A DNA stretch of 64,000 bases. Origin: Selenomonas ruminantium (GTDB lineage Bacteria > Bacillota > Negativicutes > Selenomonadales > Selenomonadaceae). Positions 51,946-61,400 of this stretch are shown here, one piece after another; the stretch's first letter is position 1; every line of letters starts with the position of its first letter. The DNA lies in assembly GCA_015058655.1 (NCBI GenBank), contig SVBX01000017.1:144-64143 (forward strand), in the 5' to 3' direction. Both the position numbers and the translations under genes were made by a program. The notes under the pieces are model-generated. The model was not told the DNA's origin. It was given only the letters and a program-made list of their open reading frames with translations, and did no database searches.

Positions 51946-53136
51946 ATGGAACAGAAATATACTACCAGCAAGCCCAGCTGGGTGCCTGAGGAGAAGAATG
52001 ACAAGTTTGCCTGCTCTGTCATGAGCGGCATTGAGGGCATCAAGGACACTACCGTGGGCAATATCAACCCTGCCCTGGCAAGTGGGAAGCTGAAGCCCAG
52101 GCGGAAGATGATCCTGTCTGAGGATGACTATGTGGAAGGGGTGTCAAAGGGGGACCGCATGACCCTATCCCGGGCCATCACCCTCATAGAGAGCAACAGC
52201 CCCCGCCACTTTGCCAAGGCCCAGCGGGTGCTGCAGCGGCTCCTGCCCAGGACTGGCAAGGCCCTGCGCATCGGCATCACTGGCGTGCCGGGGGCGGGCA
52301 AGAGCACCATGATAGAAGCTTTTGGCAATATGCTCTGCGATGAGGGGCACAAAGTGGCAGTGCTCACCGTAGACCCCACCAGCTCCGTCACCAAGGGCTC
52401 CATTCTGGGGGACAAGACCCGCATGGGCACTCTGTCCCGGCGGCCTGAGGCCTTCATCCGTCCCTCCCCGGCGGGGGGGACCTTGGGGGGCGTAGCCCGC
52501 AAGAGCCGTGAGACCATGCTCATGTGCGAGGCGGCAGGCTACGATGTGATCATCATCGAGACTGTGGGCGTGGGCCAGTCGGAAACCACCGTGCGCTCCA
52601 TGGTGGATTTCTTCCTGCTGGTGGTGCTCACAGGGGCCGGGGACGAGCTGCAGGGCATCAAGAAGGGCATCATGGAGCTGGCAGATGCCATCGTCATCAA
52701 CAAGGCCGACGGGGACAATCTGGTGAAGGCCAAGGTGTCCAGGGGACAGTACGAGCGCATGATCGAGTACATTCGCCCTGCCACCCCCGGCTGGCCCACC
52801 CATGCCTACCTGTGCTCTGCCTTGGAAAAGACGGGGCTGAAGGAACTGTGGGAGGTCATAGGCGCCTTCCAGAAGATGACCAAGGAAAGCGGCGTCTGGC
52901 AGAAGCGTCGTGACGGGCAACTGCTGGACTGGATGCACAGCATGATTGACGAGCACCTGCACAATCTTTTCTTTGAGGATGCAGTGGTGACAGGCCGCAT
53001 GCCGGAAATTCGGGAGGCGGTGCTGCAGGGGGTGGTCTCCCCCACCCAGGCGGTGGCAGAGCTCATCAATCTCTTTGATGTGAAGCGGGCCGCCATGCGG
53101 CAGGTGGATCTTTTCCACCCGGAAAAGGAGAAGTAG
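51946..53136 (+). CDS. meaB: Methylmalonyl-CoA mutase-associated GTPase MeaB/ArgK
   Basis: P-loop GVPGAGKST, NKAD, and operon context. Start at ATG 51946 behind GGGAGGGGG. Confidence 0.9.
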   Translation: MEQKYTTSKPSWVPEEKNDKFACSVMSGIEGIKDTTVGNINPALASGKLKPRRKMILSEDDYVEGVSKGDRMTLSRAITLIESNSPRHFAKAQRVLQRLLPRTGKALRIGITGVPGAGKSTMIEAFGNMLCDEGHKVAVLTVDPTSSVTKGSILGDKTRMGTLSRRPEAFIRPSPAGGTLGGVARKSRETMLMCEAAGYDVIIIETVGVGQSETTVRSMVDFFLLVVLTGAGDELQGIKKGIMELADAIVINKADGDNLVKAKVSRGQYERMIEYIRPATPGWPTHAYLCSALEKTGLKELWEVIGAFQKMTKESGVWQKRRDGQLLDWMHSMIDEHLHNLFFEDAVVTGRMPEIREAVLQGVVSPTQAVAELINLFDVKRAAMRQVDLFHPEKEK

Positions 53137-53137
53137 C

Positions 53138-53701
53138 ATGTATACCAAGAAAATCTATTTTTCCGGGGGAGACTTCCACGAATTGCAGAAAGTGTTTAGC
53201 CTGCTGCCGGGAGTGACCGGAACTTGTACCGGCTATATCAATGCTGAGGGAGAGCCGGACTATGAATCCGTCGCTTCCGGGCGGGAGAAGGGCTATTTTG
53301 GCGTGGAGGTGTCTTTCAATCCTAAAAAAACGGATATTTCCCAGCTGATGGATGTGCTTTTCGCCGTGGTGAATCCCTATGCACCTGATGGGCAGGGGGA
53401 GGCGCGGGGCGAGATGCACAGGGCGGGAGTTTTTTACCCTGCAGGAGAGGACGAGCCGCAAGTGCAGCTGCACCTGAACTTCATCGCCAATCGCGGCAAA
53501 CCGCCGGCAGTCCTGCAGAACAGCCTTACGGTAAATGACCCTAACAGCAATCCCAAACTTGCCCGCCGGTGCTACGCCCTTGCTTTGCCTTTGGTGTCTT
53601 TCCACAAGGCGGAGGAGAAGCATCAGCATTATCTGGAGAAGCATCCCGGGGAAAGGACCTTTATAGACTTTCTGAAATTCAAGGAATATCTTGGGCTATG
53701 A
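53138..53701 (+). CDS. MsrA-like protein lacking the catalytic cysteine
   Basis: It aligns by eye to the MsrA pattern: GVTGTCTGY for the GV..T..GY block, GEPDYESVASG in place of P.Y..VC.G, NPKK..I, QGEARG for the QG.D.G block, and HKAEEKHQHYLEKHP for F..AE..HQ.YL. The active-site GCFWG is replaced by GGDFHE. Confidence 0.65.
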   Translation: MYTKKIYFSGGDFHELQKVFSLLPGVTGTCTGYINAEGEPDYESVASGREKGYFGVEVSFNPKKTDISQLMDVLFAVVNPYAPDGQGEARGEMHRAGVFYPAGEDEPQVQLHLNFIANRGKPPAVLQNSLTVNDPNSNPKLARRCYALALPLVSFHKAEEKHQHYLEKHPGERTFIDFLKFKEYLGL

Positions 53702-53741
53702 CATATCTGGGGCGTGTTGGCGGAGTTTTCAATGCGCCTAT

Positions 53742-53785
53742 GAAAAAAGGAAGCCCGGCCGTGAAAAGCCGGGCTTCCTTTTTTC
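53742..53785. terminator. Bidirectional terminator
   Basis: GAAAAAAGGAAGCCCGGC / GCCGGGCTTCCTTTTTTC palindrome between convergent genes. Confidence 0.8.
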
Positions 53786-53816
53786 ATGTAAGATTGCCAA
53801 TGAGGCAAGACTATTC

Positions 53817-54236
53817 TTATTTGACTACCAGCACGGGGCATTTTGACTGCTCTACGATGTATTGGCTGACGCTGCCCAGGAGCACGCCTTTCACTATGCC
53901 CAGGCCGCGGCTGCCCATGACGATGAGATCAGTGTTGTTGCTGGTGGCGAAGTCCAGGATGACCACAGCGGGAGAGCCTGTTTCAGAAAAGGCATCCTTT
54001 TCAATGCCGGTAGGCACCATTTCCATGGCACGGTCGAGAATCACATTGCCGGCCTTGGTGACGGCTTCCAAAATGGCATCGGACAGGCAGGCGTTGATGG
54101 CCAATTGGTTGATGTTGGCCACATAGAGGAAGTTCAGCTTGGCATTGCAGGCCTCTGCCAGGGAGATGGCGTGGGTGATGGCACGGTCGGAGCCTTCAGA
54201 GCCGTCCACGGGCACCAGAATGTTTTTGATTTCCAT
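53817..54236 (-). CDS. Universal stress protein (UspA family)
   Basis: MEIKNILVPVDGSEGSDRAI...DLIVMGSRGLG..KG.LLGSVS. Start at ATG 54236 behind AGGAGG. Confidence 0.85.
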   Translation of the reverse strand: MEIKNILVPVDGSEGSDRAITHAISLAEACNAKLNFLYVANINQLAINACLSDAILEAVTKAGNVILDRAMEMVPTGIEKDAFSETGSPAVVILDFATSNNTDLIVMGSRGLGIVKGVLLGSVSQYIVEQSKCPVLVVK

Positions 54237-54360
54237 ATGAAAGACCTCCTGACTTGTATTGACATGCTTGGGGGTTCGGGGCACAGGCGCAGGTGCGTTT
54301 CACATATTCCGCCTATGCTGTGCTCCTCGCTTGCTTGCAGTTAAAGTGAAAACAGCGCAG

Positions 54361-54888
54361 CTATTTCCGGCTCAAGGGGGGGATTGACTTCTTCACCAAA
54401 TCCGTCAATTGGGAAAAGCTGGATAGCAGTCCTTCTTCCCGTGGGGGCGCATCCTCCGAATTCCTGGCGATCAACACCGACACGGGGGATTCTTCCAGCA
54501 GCTGTTGGCTGATGCTGCCCATGAGGAAACCTTCCACGGCTCCAAGACCCCGTCCGCCTACTACGATGAGCCAATCCTGCTGCTGGTGGGCGAAGCGCAG
54601 GATTTCCTCTACGGGATTACCTGTGCGCAGGTGAAAGTCTGCCGCTATTCCCTCAGGCAGGTACGCTCTGGCCTTGTCCAGCACTTCCTGCTGCTGGCAG
54701 CCCACGGCTCCTGCCACTTCTTCGGGCAGCCAGCTGTCAGACTGGCTGTCAGTGCTGCTGTCGAAGTAGGAAACATGAAGGATGTCCAGAGTGCAGCCGG
54801 TCGCAAGGGCCAGCTCCCCTGCCAGCGCTACCGCCTGGCCGGAACCTTCCGAGCCGTCCACAGGCACCAGGATTCTTTTTCTTTTCAT
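54361..54888 (-). CDS. Universal stress protein (UspA family) with C-terminal extension
   Basis: MKRKRILVPVDGSEGSGQAV...LIVVGGRGLGAVEGFLMGSIS. Confidence 0.8.
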   Translation of the reverse strand: MKRKRILVPVDGSEGSGQAVALAGELALATGCTLDILHVSYFDSSTDSQSDSWLPEEVAGAVGCQQQEVLDKARAYLPEGIAADFHLRTGNPVEEILRFAHQQQDWLIVVGGRGLGAVEGFLMGSISQQLLEESPVSVLIARNSEDAPPREEGLLSSFSQLTDLVKKSIPPLSRK

Positions 54889-55065
54889 GGACATTCCCCC
54901 TAAGTAGTTTGTTTAATCTATTCGTGCTCAGAGAGGAAAATCCCTTCCCAAGGATGGTAAAAACTTCGGGCATAGGAAGGCGTTTTTCAATTGACAAATC
55001 TTCCCTTCAAATGTTACACTTTAGTGAACGAAAAGGTGTAACAGTGTAAAATAGGGGGCCTTCAT

Positions 55066-56334
55066 ATGTCGAAAGAGGAACAGCAAGTCAAGGAAGCCAA
55101 TAAAAACGAGGCTGAAGTGGTGGAGAGCACCACTATCGCCGATGTGTATAAAGCCGCCCAGCAGCTGGAGGGAGTAGCCCGTCATACGGAGCTTATCTAC
55201 AGCGATTTCTTTTCTGAGCATTCCGGTTGCGAGGTTTATCTGAAGCCGGAGAACTTGCAGCATACCGGGGCGTTCAAGCTGAGGGGAGCCTATAACAAAA
55301 TCAGCCAGCTCAGCGAGGAGGAGCGAAAGAAGGGGGTCATCACAGCCTCTGCCGGCAACCATGCCCAGGGGGTGGCCTATGCAGCCCAGAAGCTGGGGGC
55401 CAAGGCTGTCATCTGCATGCCTGCCACCACGCCTATCCTCAAGGTTGAAGGCACCAAGGCTCTGGGGGCAGAGGTGGTGCTCTTTGGTGATGGCTTTGAC
55501 GATGCCTATGCCCACAGCCTGGAGCTGCAGAAGAAGCACGGCTATGTGTATGTGCACCCCTTCAATGATTTGCAGGTGCTCTTGGGACAGGGCACCACGG
55601 CGCTGGAAATCGTGCAGGATCTAAAGGATGTGGACGCTATCCTGGTGCCCATCGGCGGCGGCGGCTTTGCCTCCGGCGTAGCCCTGGCCACCAAGCTGGC
55701 AGCTCCCCATGTGAAGGTCTACGGCGTGGAGCCGGAAAACGCCGCCTGCATGCAGGCAGCCCGACAGCAGGGCAAAATCGTGACCCTGCCCTCTGCCGAT
55801 ACCGTGGCAGACGGCTGCGCCGTGAAGACGGCAGGAACCCTTACCTATGAGTTCTGCAAGAAGTACCTTGACGGTATCATCACCGTGTCGGAAATGGAAA
55901 TCATGGGAGCCCTGCTCTCTCTCATCGAGAAGCACAAGCTCATCGCCGAGGGCGCAGGCGTGCTGGCCCTGGCTGCTCTGGACAAGCTGCCCAAAGAGCT
56001 GAAGGGGAAGAAGGTAGTCCCCATTGTCAGCGGCGGCAATATTGACATTTCCACCATTTCCGCCCTCATCGACAAGGCTCTCATCGCCCGTGGCCGTGTC
56101 TTCGCCTTCGCCGTGCAGCTGCCGGACAAGCCGGGCCAGCTCCTGAAGGTGGCGCAGATTCTCACAGATGAGAATGCTAATGTCATCAAGCTGGACCACA
56201 ACCAGGCTATGGTGACGGATTCTTTCAAGAAGGTACAGCTGACCGTCACCTGCGAGACGCACAATGAGGAACACATCCAGCGGATTGTGAAGGCCCTGGA
56301 GAAGAACGGGTTTGAGATCAGCAGGGTTTATTGA
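55066..56334 (+). CDS. ilvA: Threonine ammonia-lyase (PLP-dependent) with one C-terminal ACT-like domain
   Basis: HTGAFKLRGA PLP-lysine motif, GGGG loop PIGGGGFASG, and a C-terminal regulatory domain. Confidence 0.85.
   Translation: MSKEEQQVKEANKNEAEVVESTTIADVYKAAQQLEGVARHTELIYSDFFSEHSGCEVYLKPENLQHTGAFKLRGAYNKISQLSEEERKKGVITASAGNHAQGVAYAAQKLGAKAVICMPATTPILKVEGTKALGAEVVLFGDGFDDAYAHSLELQKKHGYVYVHPFNDLQVLLGQGTTALEIVQDLKDVDAILVPIGGGGFASGVALATKLAAPHVKVYGVEPENAACMQAARQQGKIVTLPSADTVADGCAVKTAGTLTYEFCKKYLDGIITVSEMEIMGALLSLIEKHKLIAEGAGVLALAALDKLPKELKGKKVVPIVSGGNIDISTISALIDKALIARGRVFAFAVQLPDKPGQLLKVAQILTDENANVIKLDHNQAMVTDSFKKVQLTVTCETHNEEHIQRIVKALEKNGFEISRVY
56182..56334 (+). repeat. Direct repeat copy 1 (functional 3' end of ilvA)
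   Basis: 153 nt that recur at 58053-58205 with about 10 percent divergence, almost all at third codon positions. Confidence 0.9.
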
Positions 56335-56366
56335 GAGATTAACAAATGAGGACAGGTAGGGTGCTT

Positions 56367-58049
56367 ATGGAAGACAATGCATGCAGCAGGCTTCCAGTGG
56401 GGCTGGATGACTTCAAGAAGCTGCGGGAAGGATACCTGTTTGTGGATAAGACCCGCTTCATTAAGGAGTTTTTAGATAACCACAGCGAAGTGACTCTCAT
56501 CACTCGTCCCCGTCGTTTTGGCAAGAGCATGACTTTGAGCATGGTGAAGTATTTTTTCACCTTGGAAAGGGCGGCGGAGAATCGCAGTCTTTTTGACGGT
56601 ACTGATATTGAGAAGGCTGGGGAGAAGTATATGAAAGAGCAGGGGCAGTGGCCGGTAGTGCTGCTGTCCCTAAAGGATATCAAGCCTGTAAAGTATTCCC
56701 TTATGCTGGTGCAGATAGCTGATCGGGTAAAAAAGCTTTACAAAGAACATCGCTATCTTGTGGATGAAGGATTCCTGCAGGGGGAGGACCACAAAGATTT
56801 CCAGGATATTTTGTATGAAAGGGCATCGGAGGGCAAGCTGCAATTGGCGCTGGGGAATCTCTTGGAATATCTCCAGAGGTACCATCAAAAAAGAGTCATA
56901 CTCCTGATAGATGAGTATGATGTCCCTGTTCAGGCTGCCTGGTCGGCAGAGGAGAGCTATTATAGTGAAGCAATTGCTTTTATGAGGACATTCCTGACAG
57001 CGGCGCTGAAGGGCAATACGGCTCTGCATTTCGGCATCATGACGGGAGTGCTCCGCGTTGCCAAGGAAAGCATCTTCAGCGCCTTGAACAATCTCTATGT
57101 TTCTTCAGTGGTGAATGGCAAGTATGCAGATATCTTCGGCTTCACTCAGGAGGAGACAGCCCAGCTGGCCAGAGCGGTGGGCAGGGAGGACAAGCTGGAG
57201 GAATTGAAGAGATGGTATGACGGTTATAATTTCTCCGGCTTTGAACTTTACAACCCCTGGTCTGTGGTGAATTACTTTGCCAGCGGATGTCAGCCGGATA
57301 TTTTCTGGCTTAATTCATCCGGCAATGCTATTATAGCTGAGCTGATGGAGCATGCTGAGGAGTCTGATGATGAAAAGCTCCTGAGCCTGCTGGAGGGTGA
57401 GCCTGTAGAGGCTGTGGTGGATGAGGCGGTAATCTACACTGATATTTACACGAATAAAGATGCCCTATACACCATGCTCCTGACGGCAGGATACCTCAAG
57501 GCAGTGGATAGCCGACTGGAGGATGGCGAGCGTATCTGCACCCTGGCTATCCCAAACAATGAGATAGCCACAGTCTATCGCAAAGAAATCCTGAACCGCT
57601 ACCGTGGCAGAATGGCCCGCTCTGACCTTCTCAATTTCCTTACTTGCCTGGCTAAAGGGCAGGCAGAGAAGTTTTCCTCAGGCTTGCAGAAGTATCTGGA
57701 GCAGATTGCAAGTTTCCATGATACTGCCAACAAGGAGAGCTTTTATCACGGTTTCCTGCTAGGTCTGACGGCATGGTTCCTGCCAAAGTATCGTGTAAAG
57801 TCCAACCGCGAAAGCGGCTATGGGCGTTTTGACCTGGGTATTTTCCCAAGGGTGCCGGGGCAGGCTGGCATAATCATGGAGTTCAAGGTGGCAGATAGGG
57901 AAGAGGATATGCCCAAGGAGGCAGAGGCAGCTTTGGCCCAGATTGAGCGAAATGATTATCTGTCTGACTTCCGGGAGCAGGGGGTTGAGAGGGTCTGGAA
58001 GTATGGCATTGCCTTTTGCGGGAAGAAGTTAAGTCTGGTTCGTGGTTAA
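56367..58049 (+). CDS. AAA-ATPase-like protein with C-terminal PD-(D/E)XK nuclease domain (second paralog)
   Basis: RLPVGLDDFKKLREGYLFVDKTRFIKEF...RPRRFGKS and GYGRFDLGIFP...IIMEFKV (D...ExK). The alternative start ATG 56346 is possible. Confidence 0.8.
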   Translation: MEDNACSRLPVGLDDFKKLREGYLFVDKTRFIKEFLDNHSEVTLITRPRRFGKSMTLSMVKYFFTLERAAENRSLFDGTDIEKAGEKYMKEQGQWPVVLLSLKDIKPVKYSLMLVQIADRVKKLYKEHRYLVDEGFLQGEDHKDFQDILYERASEGKLQLALGNLLEYLQRYHQKRVILLIDEYDVPVQAAWSAEESYYSEAIAFMRTFLTAALKGNTALHFGIMTGVLRVAKESIFSALNNLYVSSVVNGKYADIFGFTQEETAQLARAVGREDKLEELKRWYDGYNFSGFELYNPWSVVNYFASGCQPDIFWLNSSGNAIIAELMEHAEESDDEKLLSLLEGEPVEAVVDEAVIYTDIYTNKDALYTMLLTAGYLKAVDSRLEDGERICTLAIPNNEIATVYRKEILNRYRGRMARSDLLNFLTCLAKGQAEKFSSGLQKYLEQIASFHDTANKESFYHGFLLGLTAWFLPKYRVKSNRESGYGRFDLGIFPRVPGQAGIIMEFKVADREEDMPKEAEAALAQIERNDYLSDFREQGVERVWKYGIAFCGKKLSLVRG

Positions 58050-58052
58050 GAA

Positions 58053-58205
58053 GTCATCAAGCTTGACCACAATCAGGCCATGGTGACGGATTCCTTCAAG
58101 AAGGTACAGCTGACGGTGACATGCGAGACTCACAATGAAGAGCATATCCAGCGGATTGTGAAGGCGCTGGAGAAGAACGGGTTTGAGATCAGCAGGTTAT
58201 ATTAA
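58053..58205 (+). pseudogene. Displaced 3' end of ilvA (direct repeat copy 2) with its own terminator at 58223-58248
   Basis: In frame it encodes VIKLDHNQAMVTDSFKKVQLTVTCETHNEEHIQRIVKALEKNGFEISRLY*. It is followed by GGGGAGG-TAAAAG-CCTCCTC and a T-rich run. Confidence 0.85.
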
Positions 58206-58265
58206 ATTTTATATCAAAAAGTGGGGAGGTAAAAGCCTCCTCTTTGTCGTATATATGCAGGGAAA

Positions 58266-58379
58266 ACAAAAAAGCCTGCGTTAGCAGGCTTTTAGCACAC
58301 ACTGTGCTGTCGGTTTAACCGACGATTTCGTTAAAACGTTATTTGAACTCGCTGTGTAAATCTAGGGTAACAGATTTAC
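58266..58379 (-). ncRNA. tracrRNA (divergent from cas9)
   Basis: Minus-strand promoter TTGACA (58414-58409), 17-nt spacer, TACAAT (58391-58386). Transcript: GTGTAAATCTGTTACCCTAGATTTACACAGCGAGTTCAAATAACG..., followed by hairpins GTCGG-TTAAA-CCGAC and AGCACA-GTG-TGTGCT. Terminator GCCTGC-TAAC-GCAGGC followed by TTTTTT. The ACAGCGAGTTCAAATAA segment resembles the II-A lower-stem/nexus motif (GCAAGTTAAAATAAGG in S. pyogenes). Confidence 0.7.
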
Positions 58380-58415
58380 ACTCTCATTGTAGCTTATGTA
58401 GGAGTTGTTGTCAAG

Positions 58416-61400
58416 ATGATGGGCGAATATTACCTTGGGCTGGATGTTGGAACCAATTCTGTAGGATATGCAGTTACAGATAAAAAATACAAGTTGTTGA
58501 AGTTTAAAGGTGAACCTATGTGGGGCTCTCATGTTTTTGAAGAAGGAAAAAACCGTGACCAGAGGAGAGGATTTAGGACTGCGCGTAGGAGATTGGCACG
58601 TCGACGTCAACGTATCAATTGGGTGCAGGAAATTTTTGCTCCGGAAATTGGAAAGATATATGAACGTTTCTTTATTAGAATAAAGGAGAGCATGCTTTGG
58701 CGTGATGATGTACCAGTAACTGATAGATATATATTATTTTGCGATACAAAGTATACAGATAAAGAATATTTTCGGAAATATCCCACAATCCATCATTTAT
58801 TATGCGAGCTGATGGAGAGCGATGCAAAACATGATGTGCGTTTGGTATATCTGGCTGTGGCATGGTTGGTTGGTCATAGGGGACATTTTCTGAATGAACT
58901 GGATAAGGATAACATTACTGCTGTTACTGACTTTAAGAGTATCTATACTGACTTGTGCCAGTATATGAAACAAAATGAACTAGTAGCATGGGGGATGGAT
59001 AAAGCAGATTTACTGCAGGAAGTTTTGCCTAAAAAGCTAAATGTGACTGCCAAGGAAAGAGATTTGCTAAAAATACTATATGAAGGAAATAAACCTAAAG
59101 ATAGTGAAGATGATGCTGTTTCTATGGCTATGTCAGTAAAGCTATTGGCAGGTGGAACCGTGAAAGTCAGCAAACTTTTCCCACAGGGTGGATACGATGA
59201 GGGGATTAGCTTGTGTTTTGGTGATGCAGAAGAAAAATTTGCAGAGGCTGCAGGACAAATAGGTGAGGAAGTACAGTGGGTCATGGCTCTAAGGCGGCTG
59301 TATGACTGGGCACTTTTAAAGGATGTGCTTAAAGGCGAGGAGAGTGTATCAGCTGGCAAAGTTAAAATCTATGAACAACACCGGCGTGATTTGCGTAAAT
59401 TAAAGTGCTTTATTCGTAAATATGTTCCGCATAAATATGCAAATATTTTCCGTCGTTCTGGGAAAAAGGAAAAAAACTATGTGGCATACTCATATAATGT
59501 CAATTCTATTAAGGGGGAGCTGCCAGAAGAAAAGTCCACACAAGATGAGTTTTGCAAGTTTTTGAAAAATGAATTAAAAGGTATAGCATGTCGTCCTGAA
59601 GATGCAGATTTCTATCAGGATATGATGGAACGGCTGGAACTATGTACCTTTATGCCTAAACAGGTCAATGGTGAAAATCGTGTTATTCCTTATCAGCTTT
59701 ATTATCATGAACTGAAGCTTATATTGGAAAAAGTAAGTTCATATTTATCATTCCTAAAGGTCAAAGATGAAAATGGATGGACTAATGCTGATAAAATATT
59801 GTCAATAATGTCATTTAGGATTCCTTATTTCGTTGGGCCAATTAATGGGAATTCGCCATATGCTTGGCTGAAACGCAATGGTAAGGAAAAGATACGTCCA
59901 TGGAATTTTGAGAAGCAGATTGATCTAAATAGGAGTGAGGAAGAATTTATACGCCGGATGACAAATAAGTGTACCTATATGCCAGGGGAGGATGTTTTGC
60001 CATTTAATTCATTGCTCTACCAAAGATTTATGGTACTTAATGAAATAAACTCTATCAAGGTTAATGGTGAGCTTATAAGTGCAGATGCCAAGAAACAGAT
60101 TTTTAAACTTTTTGAAAAACGCCGCAGGGTGACGAAAAAGGCTATAAAAGAGTGCTTGTTGAGCAACAACTACATCTCTAGTGGGAAAAGTGAAGAAATA
60201 ATTATTTCTGGTGTGGATGATAATCTGCATTCTTCATTGAAGTCGTATCATGATTTTAGGTCGTTAATGGAACGTCGCCTTCTAAGTCAGGAACAGGTAG
60301 AAAAGATAATTGAGCGGTTGACCTATACTGAAAATAGGCGGCGTGTTCACATGTGGCTGTCAAGAGAGTTTACAAATTTGGAGGAGCAGGATAGAAAGTA
60401 TATTGCCAAATTGAAGTATGAAGAATTTGGGAGACTTTCTCATAACTTTTTAAAGGTTTTAAAGGGGATAAACAAAGAGGATGGTAGATGTGCGAGCATC
60501 ATAGAATTTATGTGGGATTACAACGAAAATTTGATGCAGCTTTTGTCGGAGTCTAAGTATACCTTTGCAGAGGAATTAGCAAAAGCGGAACAAGAGTATT
60601 TGGGAGAAGGTGAAAAGAGCTTAGAGTCGCTTATGGATGACTTGCGCATCGCTAACGCTGTACGCCGCCCTATTTATCGTACACTAGATATTGTGAAGGA
60701 TGTCTGCAAGGCAACTGGTAGGGCACCTGCTAAGATTTTTTTAGAAATGGCTCGTGGAGGTGGAGAAAGGGGGAAAAGAACGGTTTCGAGACGTGACCGC
60801 ATAAAAGAATTGTATTCACGATTAGATAAAGAGTATAACGAAGATGTCAAGCACCTGTCAGAATTATTGGATAGTACTAGCGATAATCGCCTGCAAAGCG
60901 AAGTTCTGTATCTGTATTTTTTGCAGCTGGGGCGCAGTATGTATTCTGGAGAATATATCGAGATTGATAATTTAAAGAACGATACATTATATAATGTGGA
61001 TCATATTTATCCACAGTCGTATGTCAAGGATGATAGTTTAGATAATAAGGTACTTGTAACATCTAAAGAAAATGGAGATAAGGGGGACTTGTATCCTATA
61101 CGTGCTGAAATACGCAACAGAATGGCAGGTATGTGGGGATATTATAAAAGGGTGGGGTTGATTTCTGAGAAAAAATATAACAGGCTCATGCGTAGTACTG
61201 CGTTTTCTGATGATGAGAAAATGGGATTCATTCAAAGACAATTGGTGGAAACACGTCAGTCTACAAAGGCATTGGCCACTGTTTTTAAGATGAGGTATCC
61301 TAAGTCTGAAATAATATATGTCAAAGCTGGATTGGTATCAGATTTTCGTCATGAATTTAATATGATAAAATGCCGTGTGATAAATGATTTACATCATGCA

